Assembly: GCA_050633245.1 (NCBI GenBank)
Contig: JBOEGD010000002.1
Location: 151,006 to 215,005, forward strand
DNA length: 64,000 nt
Direction of reading: 5' to 3'
Source: Calditrichia bacterium
GTDB taxonomy: Bacteria; Calditrichota; Calditrichia; RBG-13-44-9; J075
The stretch's first letter is position 1. Each line of letters begins with the position of its first letter. Shown one piece after another: positions 22,533 to 32,425 of the stretch. Position numbers and translations under genes: made by a program. The notes under the pieces are model-generated. The model searched no databases and was not told the DNA's origin. It worked only from the letters and a program-made list of their open reading frames with translations.

Positions 22533-23851
22533 ACGTTTGGCACATACTCGTTTTTGGAGGTTTCTGTGGCCGGAAAGACCTCAACTATGCTGCGGTTTTC
22601 CGGTTTCAGGTAAGTTTGAACAGCACGTTTAATGTCAGCTTCGGAGACCTTGTCATACCTATCCAGCTCGTTGTATATAAGAGCCGGGTCATCGAATACC
22701 ATGGTGTAATAACATAGCATTTCAGTTTTGTAATACACTTTTTCAAGCTTGGAAACAAACTCCATCTTAAACTGATTTTTTATTTTCTGCAATTCACGTG
22801 GAAGAATCTCCTCACGTAGCAGTATCGCAAGTTCATCGGCAATAACAGCCTCAATCTGCGCAGCTGAAACATCCGGCTTTAGCTGAGCAAACATAATCAG
22901 CGTACCGGGGCCGTGCTTATTATCCAGGCCACCGTAGAGATGCACTAGCAACTGTTCTTCCTGAACCAGGCGTCGATAGAGGCGGGAACTTTCACCGTCA
23001 AATAACATTTTTTCCGCCAGTTCCAGTGCGTAGTGTTCTGCAGTACCCTTTTTCGGCACATGGTAAGCACATATCCATGCGGGAAGCGGTGCGAACTGAT
23101 CGTACCAAATTCTGCGCTTCTCTGCCGTTTGCTCAGGCTCTGCCAGTTCAGGCACGGGAGGCGTATTGCCGGTGGCAATGCTTTCAAATTGTTCGCGCAC
23201 CAGCTGAAGTGTTGGTAAAATTTCCATATCTCCGGCAATTGCCAGAATGGCGTTATTCGGACAATAGAATCGCTGATGAAAATCAACGACATCCTGAAGA
23301 TTGGCTCCATCCAGATCATCCATAGACCCAATTACTGAATGTTTGTAAGACCAGTTTTCATACGCTAAATCATCCAGCATTAAAAATGCTAAACCATAGG
23401 GAGCATTATCAACATGGCTCTTACGCTCTTCTTTCACGGTATCCCGCTGATTCTCAAAATTGTCCTGCGTTAGAGCTAAGGAGCGCATGCGATCGGCTTC
23501 CAGCCACAATGCCAACTTCAGCTGATTGGATGGCATAACCTCGTAATAATTGGTGCGATCCTTACTCGTGGAGCCATTCATTGTTCCGCCGACATCTGCT
23601 ACCAGCTTCATGTGTTCAGATTTCCCAACATTTTCCGACCCCTGGAACATCATGTGTTCAAAGAGATGGGCAAAGCCACTTTTACCAGGTGTTTCATTGC
23701 GAGATCCCACGCGATACCAAAGATCGATTGCAACCAGTGGCGCAGCATGAGACTTCAGTAGAACAATCTGTAAACCATTCTTTAACGTAAAGCGAGCAAT
23801 TTGCCCTTCCTCTGGTTCTGTAGTGGGATTATGCAAAACCGTTTGCAACAT
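22529..23851 (-). CDS. M16 family zinc peptidase, catalytic subunit
   Basis: GFAHLFEHMMFQGS (HxxEH), WLEADRM, VKEER. Confidence 0.93.
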   Translation of the reverse strand: MLQTVLHNPTTEPEEGQIARFTLKNGLQIVLLKSHAAPLVAIDLWYRVGSRNETPGKSGFAHLFEHMMFQGSENVGKSEHMKLVADVGGTMNGSTSKDRTNYYEVMPSNQLKLALWLEADRMRSLALTQDNFENQRDTVKEERKSHVDNAPYGLAFLMLDDLAYENWSYKHSVIGSMDDLDGANLQDVVDFHQRFYCPNNAILAIAGDMEILPTLQLVREQFESIATGNTPPVPELAEPEQTAEKRRIWYDQFAPLPAWICAYHVPKKGTAEHYALELAEKMLFDGESSRLYRRLVQEEQLLVHLYGGLDNKHGPGTLIMFAQLKPDVSAAQIEAVIADELAILLREEILPRELQKIKNQFKMEFVSKLEKVYYKTEMLCYYTMVFDDPALIYNELDRYDKVSEADIKRAVQTYLKPENRSIVEVFPATETSKNEYVPNV

Positions 23852-24158
23852 GTAGGCTCCATTTTTATTTGTAAGAATGCATCCTGGGCATCAACTCCGG
23901 CGTTAATAATACGATATAGCGCAGCAGATTCAAATAAAAAAAAGGGAATGTTACAAACCGGGAATCTGTTGGTCTAATACTATGCAGCCTAAAGAAAAGC
24001 CGGGATGAGCAGGCTAAATTTGCCAAAAAATTTCAGTATTTTCTTAGCTTTATTTAACAATCGACAGCAGATCGCCTAAATAGTTTAAATTAAATTTTGT
24101 CGATTTCAGGATTTTTGTGTTAAATTGTACAGTTTTTTGGGATAGAAAAAGGGAACGT

Positions 24159-24836
24159 ATGACGCCAAGACAAATGACCAGTAAGCAAATCAACTGGACA
24201 ATCATTATCGGCATTGTCGCAACATCCTTAACTACGGGCATGTTGCTGCTAAGCCTGTTCCCCGATTATCGGGGTCTTATTACCTACGGATTGTTCAGCA
24301 TTCCTTCGCACATGCTTGTGGGATTGATCCCGCAGGAACCGATACTTCTTGTGGCGGCCAAATATGCCAGTCCACTTTACATTACTCTGGTAGCAGCTAT
24401 TGGCTACACTATAGCCAGCTTACTCGACTACCTGTTGCTGTTACCGCTTTTAAATCGCAATTTTATTCAAGACCGCATAGAAGACAGTAGTTTTTATCAA
24501 CGGGCCAGACGCTACTTTCGTAAGAGCCCATTTATGATATTGCTGGCTGCAAACGCACTGCCTCTCCCCTTTTATCCACTGAAATTCCTCAGCATTGTCA
24601 GCCATTATCCTTTCTGGCGTTACATTTCAGCCATGTTTTTGGGACGACTGCCGCGCTACTACCTGATCGCATATCTGGGATTTGCATTTGAATTTCCTAC
24701 ATGGGCGCTGGTTGCAATGCTGGCAGCATTTCTCTTACCTGCCTTAATACACAGGTTCTTCAAGTCGAATACAACAAGCGAACCCGAGGCGCAGAATTCA
24801 ATATCCAGCCAGGAAGACACTCAGCCCGTCTTATAA
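24159..24836 (+). CDS. DedA/VTT (YqaA-like) membrane protein
   Basis: Multi-TM protein with IPQEP and ALPLPFYP...LGRLPRY motifs; ATG at 24159 preferred over the ORF-track start at 24117. Confidence 0.7.
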   Translation: MTPRQMTSKQINWTIIIGIVATSLTTGMLLLSLFPDYRGLITYGLFSIPSHMLVGLIPQEPILLVAAKYASPLYITLVAAIGYTIASLLDYLLLLPLLNRNFIQDRIEDSSFYQRARRYFRKSPFMILLAANALPLPFYPLKFLSIVSHYPFWRYISAMFLGRLPRYYLIAYLGFAFEFPTWALVAMLAAFLLPALIHRFFKSNTTSEPEAQNSISSQEDTQPVL

Positions 24837-24935
24837 GAATGTTAATTTAAAGGAAACAATCTTTGACGGCGGTCGTCTTTTATAAAAGCTTGTTACTTTT
24901 TTCTCAAGGCAAATCAAAGCAATCAGGAGCTGAAG

Positions 24936-25529
24936 ATGAGTAAAACGGTTGAGTCTGACCAGCCCGCAATAAGCAAAGCAAACCTGCAGGCCTTGTATAA
25001 ACACAATCGGATTTCCCGCGAGACGGTAGAAAATCTGCTGGCAAACTACACAGATGAGCAGCTGCACTGGAAGCCAGACGAAGGAACCTGGAGCGTTTCC
25101 GAGTGCCTGGATCATATTACAAACACTTCAATGGCCTATCTTCCGAACATCAAAGGAGCACTGGCGAAGGCCGAGGCTAAAAATATGACAAGCGATGCAC
25201 CGATGAAAGCCGGTCTTTTCGCGCGCTGGTTCATAAAAACGGTGGGCCCGAACTCCGCAATGAAGCTCTCTGCGCCCGGCATATTTCGTCCCACAGTAAA
25301 GCGCAATCCAGACTTCGCAGAAGCCTTTCGCACCGCACACGACGAGATTCAGGCGATGATTCTGGCAGCAGACAAATGGAACCTGAACAAGCCCAAGCTG
25401 GCCTCGCCAATCACCAGCCTGCTGCGTTTTTCTATTGGAGAAGCCCTGTGGCTGCAGGTAGCTCACACTCAACGCCATCTTCTGCAAGCAAGACGACTTA
25501 CCGAACGAGCGGACTTTCCAGCTAAATAA
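24936..25529 (+). CDS. DinB family protein
   Basis: WKPDEGTWSVSECLDHI and HTQRHLLQA metal-binding His pattern; AGGAG RBS. Confidence 0.88.
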   Translation: MSKTVESDQPAISKANLQALYKHNRISRETVENLLANYTDEQLHWKPDEGTWSVSECLDHITNTSMAYLPNIKGALAKAEAKNMTSDAPMKAGLFARWFIKTVGPNSAMKLSAPGIFRPTVKRNPDFAEAFRTAHDEIQAMILAADKWNLNKPKLASPITSLLRFSIGEALWLQVAHTQRHLLQARRLTERADFPAK

Positions 25530-25646
25530 AGTTCGAGTTAGATATGTGATTGGGCAGTTGGGCAGAAAAGAAAGTCAGAAACAGTCAGAGACAGATTTTT
25601 CTCATTATTCGCCCTGTCCCACATTCATTATGCTCTTCCACGTATG

Positions 25647-25787
25647 AATTAGGCAATTAGGCAATTAGGCAATTAGGCAATTAGGCAATTAGGCAATTAG
25701 GCAATTAGGCAATTAGGCAATTAGGCAATTAGGCAATTAGGCAATTAGGCAATTAGGCAATTAGGCAATTAGGCAATTAGGCAATTA
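25647..25787. repeat. Perfect 8-bp tandem repeat (AATTAGGC) x17 plus partial copy
   Basis: Counted directly: 25647-25782 is 17 exact units, followed by AATTA. Confidence 0.97.
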
Positions 25788-25834
25788 ATCCTGCCGTCTG
25801 TTAGTTCCCGTCTGTTTTCTTCCGCTCATCTTTT

Positions 25835-25855
25835 CTGACACCTGACACCTGACAC
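25835..25855. repeat. CTGACAC x3 heptamer repeat
   Basis: Read directly from sequence. Confidence 0.85.
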
Positions 25856-25992
25856 CTGCCTTCAGTGTAGTTTCACACTAATTTCCACACAAAAACCAAA
25901 ATAATCATGTGCGTGATTGTGCAGTACGTCACTAAAGAAGCGCGGTTTTGTGACGATACCTAGTCTACACAAATAAATATTCTGTAAGGAGT

Positions 25993-26199
25993 TTGATGAT
26001 GGAAAGACCACAATTTATTCGCGATGAGCATTTGACTTTGCTCAGTGACCTGGACAAAAAAGTAACTATGGATATGTTTTTAGCCGTTCCGCAGCTTAGG
26101 CTCAGCTTTCCGGAGCTGGACTCATACCAGGCGCAGCAAACGCTGTTATTCTGGATGCATGCCATTCACAATCCGGTTGAAGAACTGGTAGCCGTCTAA
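25993..26199 (+). CDS. Small hypothetical protein (66-68 aa)
   Basis: AAGGAG RBS just upstream, protein-like composition, hairpin downstream; convergent with polA. Confidence 0.6.
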   Translation: MMMERPQFIRDEHLTLLSDLDKKVTMDMFLAVPQLRLSFPELDSYQAQQTLLFWMHAIHNPVEELVAV

Positions 26200-26220
26200 T
26201 GGCAAAAACTGAACGCGATG

Positions 26221-26254
26221 TGTCCTGCTGCACCAAAGCGGCGTAGCAGAGACA
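26221..26254. terminator. Imperfect hairpin between convergent genes
   Basis: TGTCCTGCTGC...GTAGCAGAGACA inverted repeat between the small ORF stop and the polA stop. Confidence 0.4.
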
Positions 26255-26282
26255 TCGTTCATACAAGAGTAACGAGCGCGGC

Positions 26283-29030
26283 TTAGTGCGCTTCCAACCA
26301 ATTCGCTCCAACACCAGCATCAACCTTTAGCGGCACGTCCAACTCCATTGCACCTTCCATCTGCCTGACAACCAGCTCCTTAACCTGCTCCAGCTCACCC
26401 TCTGGCACATCAAAAACAAGTTCGTCATGTACCTGCAGAATCATTCGCGTCTCAAGCTTATGCTCGATTAGCTCATTGTGGATGCGAATCATAGCCAACT
26501 TTATCAGGTCGGCAGCGCTACCCTGAATTGTGCTGTTAACCGCGACGCGTTCTGCCGCTTCCCGAACATTGCGATTGGTGCTGTTTATTTCCGGCACGTA
26601 GCGTCGACGCTCAAGCAACGTGGTTACATACTTTTGATCCCGCGCGAAGTTAATGGTATCATCCATATACTTTTTGATCTTTGGGAAGCGATTAAAGTAG
26701 CTTTGAATAATATTCTCTGCTTCCGGCGGCGAAATCCCCAGGCGCGAGGCCAGGCCAAATCGCGAAATACCGTATATAATTCCAAAGTTCACATCCTTTG
26801 CCTTGCGACGCTGATCGGTCGTCACGTCTTCCAGTTTTTCATCGAAAATTGCAGCGGCAGTGGAAGCGTGAATATCTTCTCCGCGCTCGAAGGCTTCGCG
26901 AAACGCATCATCACCACAAATATGTGCCATCATGCGCAATTCAATCTGCGAATAGTCACAAGACAACATCACGCGTTCGGCCTCTGACGGCACGAACGCC
27001 TTGCGGATTTCACGTCCTTTTTCGCCACGAATTGGAATATTTTGCAAGTTCGGATCACTACTGGAAAGCCGGCCGGTAGCGGCGATCGTTTGGTTAAATG
27101 AGGTATGTAAACGCCCGGTGCGCGGACTAATCAACTTCGGCAGCGCATCGACATAGGTCGATTTCAGCTTATTCAGCTTGCGATAATCCAAAATTTTATT
27201 CACCATTGGATGCTTATCGTAACGCAGCAAAATGGCTTCTGTTGTAGAATATTGTCCGGTGGCGGTTCGCTTGGGCGTTCGCTTGCCTAATGCAACATGA
27301 ATTTCCAGCTTATCGAAAAGAATGGCACCCAATTGCTGTGGTGAATTCGTATTAAACTCTTCACCGGCCATCTCATAAATTTCACTTTGCAGAGCAACGG
27401 TTTGCTCACCCAGCTCCTTCGACATCTCTGCCAGGAATTCCGTATCGAGGCAAACGCCACTGCTTTCCATCTTCATCAACACATCGACCAGCGGCATTTC
27501 CACCTCATGCATTACGTAGGAAACACCCACCTTCTTCAATTCATCACGCAGGTTTTCGGCAAGCTGAAAGGTAATATCTGCATCTTCACCGGCATAGATA
27601 TTCAGCTGATCCAGCGGCACATCGGTCATCGACTTTTGATTTTTGCCTTTTTTCCCGATTAAATCAACAATGGAGATCATTTTATACGATAGATACTTTT
27701 CGGCCAGCGCATCCAGACTTAACTGTCGCGCACCGGGATCTACCAAATAGGCAGCAAGCAAGGTATCGAATTCCGCACCACGCAGCTTAATACCATGCTG
27801 GGCAATCATCAGGGCATCGAACTTCATATTTTGCGCGCCCTTGCGGATATTTGCATCCTCAAACAATGGCTTTAGAGTAGAGACAACAAGCTCTTCAGTT
27901 AATCCTGCCTCCGAAGTCATCGGCACATAATAAGCCTGATGTTTTTTCCAGGAAAATGCGAAACCAATCACATTTGAGCGCCAGGGATCAAGGCCGGTTG
28001 TTTCGGTATCGAACACCCAAAACGGCTGTTCCGCCAGGTCTGTTGCAAACCCCTTTAGCTTCTCCGGCGTATCGACCAAGTGATACTGTTGCTTTTTCTC
28101 ATCATAACCTGCCAACTCCGGAAGCGCATCCTCCTCACCTTCTTGCAGCGCGCGCGCCATGCTGTTAAATTCCAGCTCCTGAAACAGCTCCAGCAACACT
28201 TTCGCATCGTAGGTTCCGGCCTTCAGCCTTTCCAGATTCAGCTCTACCGGCATGTCAGTAACAATCGTTACCAGTTCACGAGACAGATCGGCCAGTTCAC
28301 GGTTTTCCCGCAGGCTGGCATTAACTGCCTTCTTGGTAATGTTGTCAATGTTTTCATAAACGCCTTCGATAGACCCGTACTCATGCAGTAGCGCCTGAGC
28401 AGTCTTTTTACCAACCTTTGGCACACCGGGAACATTGTCACTGCTATCTCCCATCAGCGCTAAATAATCAATAATTTGAGCAGGCGTAAGCCCATATTCT
28501 TCCTTCACATACGCCACATCAAAAATTTCGCGATCTTTGCCCGGTCTGGTGCTGTACATCTTTACATGTTCGGTAATTAACTGCATATAATCTTTATCAC
28601 CGGTGGCCATATAAACTTCCAGGCCGGCTTCTTCTCCCTGCTTTGCAAGTGCGCCAATTACATCATCGGCTTCGTAGGCATATTTGCCTTCTGCATCGTG
28701 AAAGGGACATTCGATTACCGGCACGTCAAATGCTTTTATCAGCTCCAGAATGCGGGGAAACTGCTCACGCATTTCATCCGGCATTCTCTCACGCGTGGCC
28801 TTGTATTCTTTATACATGGCATGGCGAAACGTGGGTTCTTTGCGATCGAAAACCACACCCAGGTAATCCGGCTTTTCATCCTTCAGCAGCTTATTCAGGA
28901 ATAGCGCAAAGCCATATGCGGCGCTGGTATTCTCACCTTTGGAATTAATGAGAGGATTGCGAATAAAGGCAAAGTAAGCGCGATAAAATTGAGCGGAGCC
29001 ATCGATCAAATAAAGTGTTTTGCGAGACAT
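26283..29030 (-). CDS. polA: DNA polymerase I
   Basis: 5'-3' exonuclease (LIDGS, EADD), 3'-5' exonuclease (FDTETT), polymerase motifs DYSQIELR and LQVHDEL. Confidence 0.99.
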   Translation of the reverse strand: MSRKTLYLIDGSAQFYRAYFAFIRNPLINSKGENTSAAYGFALFLNKLLKDEKPDYLGVVFDRKEPTFRHAMYKEYKATRERMPDEMREQFPRILELIKAFDVPVIECPFHDAEGKYAYEADDVIGALAKQGEEAGLEVYMATGDKDYMQLITEHVKMYSTRPGKDREIFDVAYVKEEYGLTPAQIIDYLALMGDSSDNVPGVPKVGKKTAQALLHEYGSIEGVYENIDNITKKAVNASLRENRELADLSRELVTIVTDMPVELNLERLKAGTYDAKVLLELFQELEFNSMARALQEGEEDALPELAGYDEKKQQYHLVDTPEKLKGFATDLAEQPFWVFDTETTGLDPWRSNVIGFAFSWKKHQAYYVPMTSEAGLTEELVVSTLKPLFEDANIRKGAQNMKFDALMIAQHGIKLRGAEFDTLLAAYLVDPGARQLSLDALAEKYLSYKMISIVDLIGKKGKNQKSMTDVPLDQLNIYAGEDADITFQLAENLRDELKKVGVSYVMHEVEMPLVDVLMKMESSGVCLDTEFLAEMSKELGEQTVALQSEIYEMAGEEFNTNSPQQLGAILFDKLEIHVALGKRTPKRTATGQYSTTEAILLRYDKHPMVNKILDYRKLNKLKSTYVDALPKLISPRTGRLHTSFNQTIAATGRLSSSDPNLQNIPIRGEKGREIRKAFVPSEAERVMLSCDYSQIELRMMAHICGDDAFREAFERGEDIHASTAAAIFDEKLEDVTTDQRRKAKDVNFGIIYGISRFGLASRLGISPPEAENIIQSYFNRFPKIKKYMDDTINFARDQKYVTTLLERRRYVPEINSTNRNVREAAERVAVNSTIQGSAADLIKLAMIRIHNELIEHKLETRMILQVHDELVFDVPEGELEQVKELVVRQMEGAMELDVPLKVDAGVGANWLEAH

Positions 29031-29156
29031 GCTGTTCCCCGGTTGGAGGTGATATGTTTACGAACGGGAAGAAATATACAAAAAATTGAGGACGGTTAAC
29101 AAGATGGATTAATGGAAAAATGTTGTGAGGAGAGTTTTCATCAAGCCAAAATCGCG

Positions 29157-29693
29157 TCAGCCGCTTCCACTTTTCCAATCCGTAACGTGCAGCTGAAAAC
29201 GAACCGTTTTATAATGCTTTCCCATAGAAATTGCGGTAAAAATCTTTTCAAGTAATGGTACATGTGTCGAGGAGAAGCCAAGTTTTTCCATTACGCGAAT
29301 ACATCGCTTGTTTTCAGGAAAGCAATCGGCAACTACTTTTGCCACATCGCACTCATTGAAGAGTATATCGAAAAGCTGCTTCAGAGCGTCCGGCATAATC
29401 CCCTTTCCCCAAAATTCAGGTAAAAGATCCCAACCGCAATATCTGACGTCTTCTCCGCCAACAGTAAAATAGTACTGCGATATATATCCGACGACCCTTG
29501 CTTCAAACAAGACAGATGTCAGCTTAGATTGTTTCAATTTCTTCGGAGGCTTGCTAAAAAGCGCCTCTTTCCAACTCCTGATGTTTTCACCGCGCGCAAT
29601 GGGGTAATTCGCTTGCAGCACGAGTGGATTACTGCGTATTTCCCACAAGAGTGGCAGATCTTCCTCAAGAGCATCTCTAATTTCAATAGACAT
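29157..29693 (-). CDS. GNAT (RimJ/RimL-type) N-acetyltransferase
   Basis: PEFWGKGIM acetyl-CoA motif; ENKRCIRVMEKLGF. Confidence 0.85.
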   Translation of the reverse strand: MSIEIRDALEEDLPLLWEIRSNPLVLQANYPIARGENIRSWKEALFSKPPKKLKQSKLTSVLFEARVVGYISQYYFTVGGEDVRYCGWDLLPEFWGKGIMPDALKQLFDILFNECDVAKVVADCFPENKRCIRVMEKLGFSSTHVPLLEKIFTAISMGKHYKTVRFQLHVTDWKSGSG

Positions 29694-29696
29694 TGA

Positions 29697-30641
29697 TCAA
29701 AAAAACCTCCAGATAGCGGCTTCTAATTCAGCCAGCGTAAAGTCGACGGCTTCCGGAGCCAGACGCAGAGCATATTTTCGCAGGTTACTACACTCATAAA
29801 GTATTGTCAACAGCATCAGTTTGGCGCGTAGTTCGGCATCCAATTGAGACTCTTCATATCCATAGGCAAGTAGAAAGGCTCGCTGTAGCTCGCGATTCCC
29901 CTGTATCATCAGCACACCCGGCGCAACAAAATCGTATTCGACATTTCCGTGAAACGCATCTCCGAAATCAAATAAACCGCTAATCTGCCAGCGTCCATTA
30001 TTCTGTATCAACATCAAATTGCCGAGATGAATGTCGCCGTGAAGCAATACGGGCTTCTCTTTGCTGTCGAGAAGGTCGATTCTGTCGGACATATATTCTG
30101 GCAAACTCTCTAACCACTCCGGGTTAGCGCCGTTCTCCCGTTGACGGTCAATGCAGCTCTTGAACTGTCGCCGAAGGAATCCCTGCCAATCTTGATACAG
30201 TGCGGGCAATGTAGTGGAAGAGGCTTGGCTATGGAACTGCTTTAGTAACAATCCCAATTCAGTGGCAATATCAATCCGGTTCCCAAAAGACACTTCTGGC
30301 CAAACATCTTTTGCAAGTTTTCCATTCAGGCGCGTCATCATAAGATAGTTCCAACCGTCAACGTCCCCTTCAAAGCATATTTCCGGTGTAATCGTATCTG
30401 AAGCAGTTTGGACACTTAGCAAAACCGCTTTTTCACGCGCGAAGCCGTCGCGAAAGCCCCCGTATATTTTGAGGATAAGATTTTCTCCAACAAAGAAAAT
30501 GACGTTTTCACCATCCTTCGAACGCACCAACTGAGGGCTTGAGAGACCATGCCGGTTACAAATGCTTTGCGCAACAGAGCCCCATACCTCGCTGTGAAGG
30601 TGCTTTTTGAAATCTGCAGGCGTTATTATTCCAGCTGGCAT
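29697..30641 (-). CDS. Aminoglycoside phosphotransferase/choline kinase-like (APH family) protein
   Basis: LLHGDIHLGNLM Brenner motif and LFDFGDA. Confidence 0.85.
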   Translation of the reverse strand: MPAGIITPADFKKHLHSEVWGSVAQSICNRHGLSSPQLVRSKDGENVIFFVGENLILKIYGGFRDGFAREKAVLLSVQTASDTITPEICFEGDVDGWNYLMMTRLNGKLAKDVWPEVSFGNRIDIATELGLLLKQFHSQASSTTLPALYQDWQGFLRRQFKSCIDRQRENGANPEWLESLPEYMSDRIDLLDSKEKPVLLHGDIHLGNLMLIQNNGRWQISGLFDFGDAFHGNVEYDFVAPGVLMIQGNRELQRAFLLAYGYEESQLDAELRAKLMLLTILYECSNLRKYALRLAPEAVDFTLAELEAAIWRFF

Positions 30642-30668
30642 ACCATTCCTTTAGGATCATACATTGTG

Positions 30669-32249
30669 TCATTTCAAATATATCAGCTTGCGCGTCTGAA
30701 TGCCCCTGCTTTTTTCATTGAGTTGGAGCCGGTAAAAGTAAATCCCCGATGCCACTGCCTCACCTTCTCTGTTTCGCCCATCCCACCGCCACTCATAGCT
30801 TCCCGGCGCAACGCTCCTCTGCCGGTAGTTGTGCACAAGACGCCCTTGAATATCGATAATTTGCAACTCAATATCGCTTGCTGTAACCACCGAAAACGGG
30901 ATGGTGGTGCTACCGTTAAAGGGATTGGGATAGTTCTGCAGTAGCTCAAATCCGGTTGGCACGTCATCAGATAATTGCTCAATGCCGACGGTATTGCTTT
31001 GCAGGGTGCTGTCCCCGGCAAAAAAGTGCATCCGTCCGCGGAATTCCCCAAAGTTATACCCCGGTTCCCCAACGATTAAATCATCCACCCCGTCCCCGGT
31101 ACGGTCACGGACCCCCACCATGCCGCGGCCAAAAAAAGACCCCGAAGAGGGTTCCAGGATCAGATAATCTTCATCAAAGCCGCTGCTGCCGCCCAAGCGG
31201 ATGTGAGTCAATCCTTTCGTGCCAAACATATTGGGCATGCCGATTCCTAGGTCCGGATAACCGTCCTTGTTTAAATCACCAACATTGAAATAGAATGCTG
31301 CGGCATAAGCATCGAAAGAAGAATCCGGCCATATCAGGTGGAATTCCGGGATAGTGTCGAAAGTAGCTCCACCATTATAGATAAAACCCCCTCCAACAAA
31401 GAGATCCTCATAACCATCCAGATTGTAATCAAACGATTCCAACCTCAAAGGAATAAAGCCAAACGTTTCAGGGTCTTGCGAGGGATCGTTCATATGCAAA
31501 TCGTAGTTGGTGTCAAAAGTAGCGGATCCAAAATAGATACGGATGTATTCAAAGCCAGGCCCAAAACCCCCATCATTGCCCATTAAGACCAGATCATCAT
31601 ACCCGTCTCCATTTAAGTCCCCGGTTGTCACGTCCCAGCCCAAACGAAACCAGATGGAGTCACCTTCAAATACGTAATCCGGCTGCAGGTCAAAAGGATC
31701 ACCGCCCATAAAAATTCGGATCAAACCTGTATAGTTTAAGCTATCTGGCCTTGCCAGGATCACATCATCATACCCGTCCCCGTTTAAGTCTCCTGTGGCT
31801 GCATTTTCAGCACCATAACCCAAGATTAGATCCGGCACACTGTCCATACCCGCCACCAAATGGTGTATGACGGTTGTTGTTCCACTGCCAAAATAGGGCT
31901 GAATAAATTCCTGAATACCATCCCCATTAAGGTCAGCAATCATTGCATCAATAGAAATTTCACCGAACCCAAATCGACCCATTTCACGAAACACAATTTC
32001 CGGGCGCGTATTAGCAGGGAAAGCACCATAAAACAGTAACGTACTATCGCGATTTACGCTCCAGGAAATATATTCATCAAAGCCGTCGTTATTTAGATCA
32101 CCGGCATTGAGTAGGTTCCAACCCAAATACAGATTGGTTTGCCAGCCGACGAACTGCTGTAGGTGTTCGAGCTGGTAGTTCTGTGCGGGCATCTTTGCTG
32201 GAAATAGCACAACGGTGATTAGGATAAATACATACCATTTGGGTTGCAT
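30669..32249 (-). CDS. Secreted FG-GAP (integrin-alpha-like) repeat protein with C-terminal FlgD-Ig/sorting-type domain
   Basis: Repeats GDLNNDGFDE, GDLNGDGYDD etc.; C-terminal NYPNPFNGST...WDGRN...ASGIYFYRL; ATG at 32249 with GAGGT RBS and signal peptide. Confidence 0.85.
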   Translation of the reverse strand: MQPKWYVFILITVVLFPAKMPAQNYQLEHLQQFVGWQTNLYLGWNLLNAGDLNNDGFDEYISWSVNRDSTLLFYGAFPANTRPEIVFREMGRFGFGEISIDAMIADLNGDGIQEFIQPYFGSGTTTVIHHLVAGMDSVPDLILGYGAENAATGDLNGDGYDDVILARPDSLNYTGLIRIFMGGDPFDLQPDYVFEGDSIWFRLGWDVTTGDLNGDGYDDLVLMGNDGGFGPGFEYIRIYFGSATFDTNYDLHMNDPSQDPETFGFIPLRLESFDYNLDGYEDLFVGGGFIYNGGATFDTIPEFHLIWPDSSFDAYAAAFYFNVGDLNKDGYPDLGIGMPNMFGTKGLTHIRLGGSSGFDEDYLILEPSSGSFFGRGMVGVRDRTGDGVDDLIVGEPGYNFGEFRGRMHFFAGDSTLQSNTVGIEQLSDDVPTGFELLQNYPNPFNGSTTIPFSVVTASDIELQIIDIQGRLVHNYRQRSVAPGSYEWRWDGRNREGEAVASGIYFYRLQLNEKSRGIQTRKLIYLK

Positions 32250-32425
32250 GAAAGACCTCTTCATTAGTGTTTGGGCAAGGTAAACCCTCGTGTTCAGAGT
32301 CGCTAGCGGAACCTGCACGTACAAAAGAATAGGAGCGAGTAGTATGCTCTTTTGAATGAGGGGGTTAATCAAAAGATTGGAAGTGATGGACAAAAAGTCC
32401 AGAAGTAATATTATAAACGAAAGAG

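Noticed and set aside
25647-25787. CRISPR or coding repeat
   Set aside because: No spacers, and no ORF of 60 aa or more spans it; it is a simple tandem repeat.
25918-25933. CRP/FNR-like site TGTGC-N6-TCACT
   Set aside because: Two mismatches to consensus and no supporting context; could be chance.
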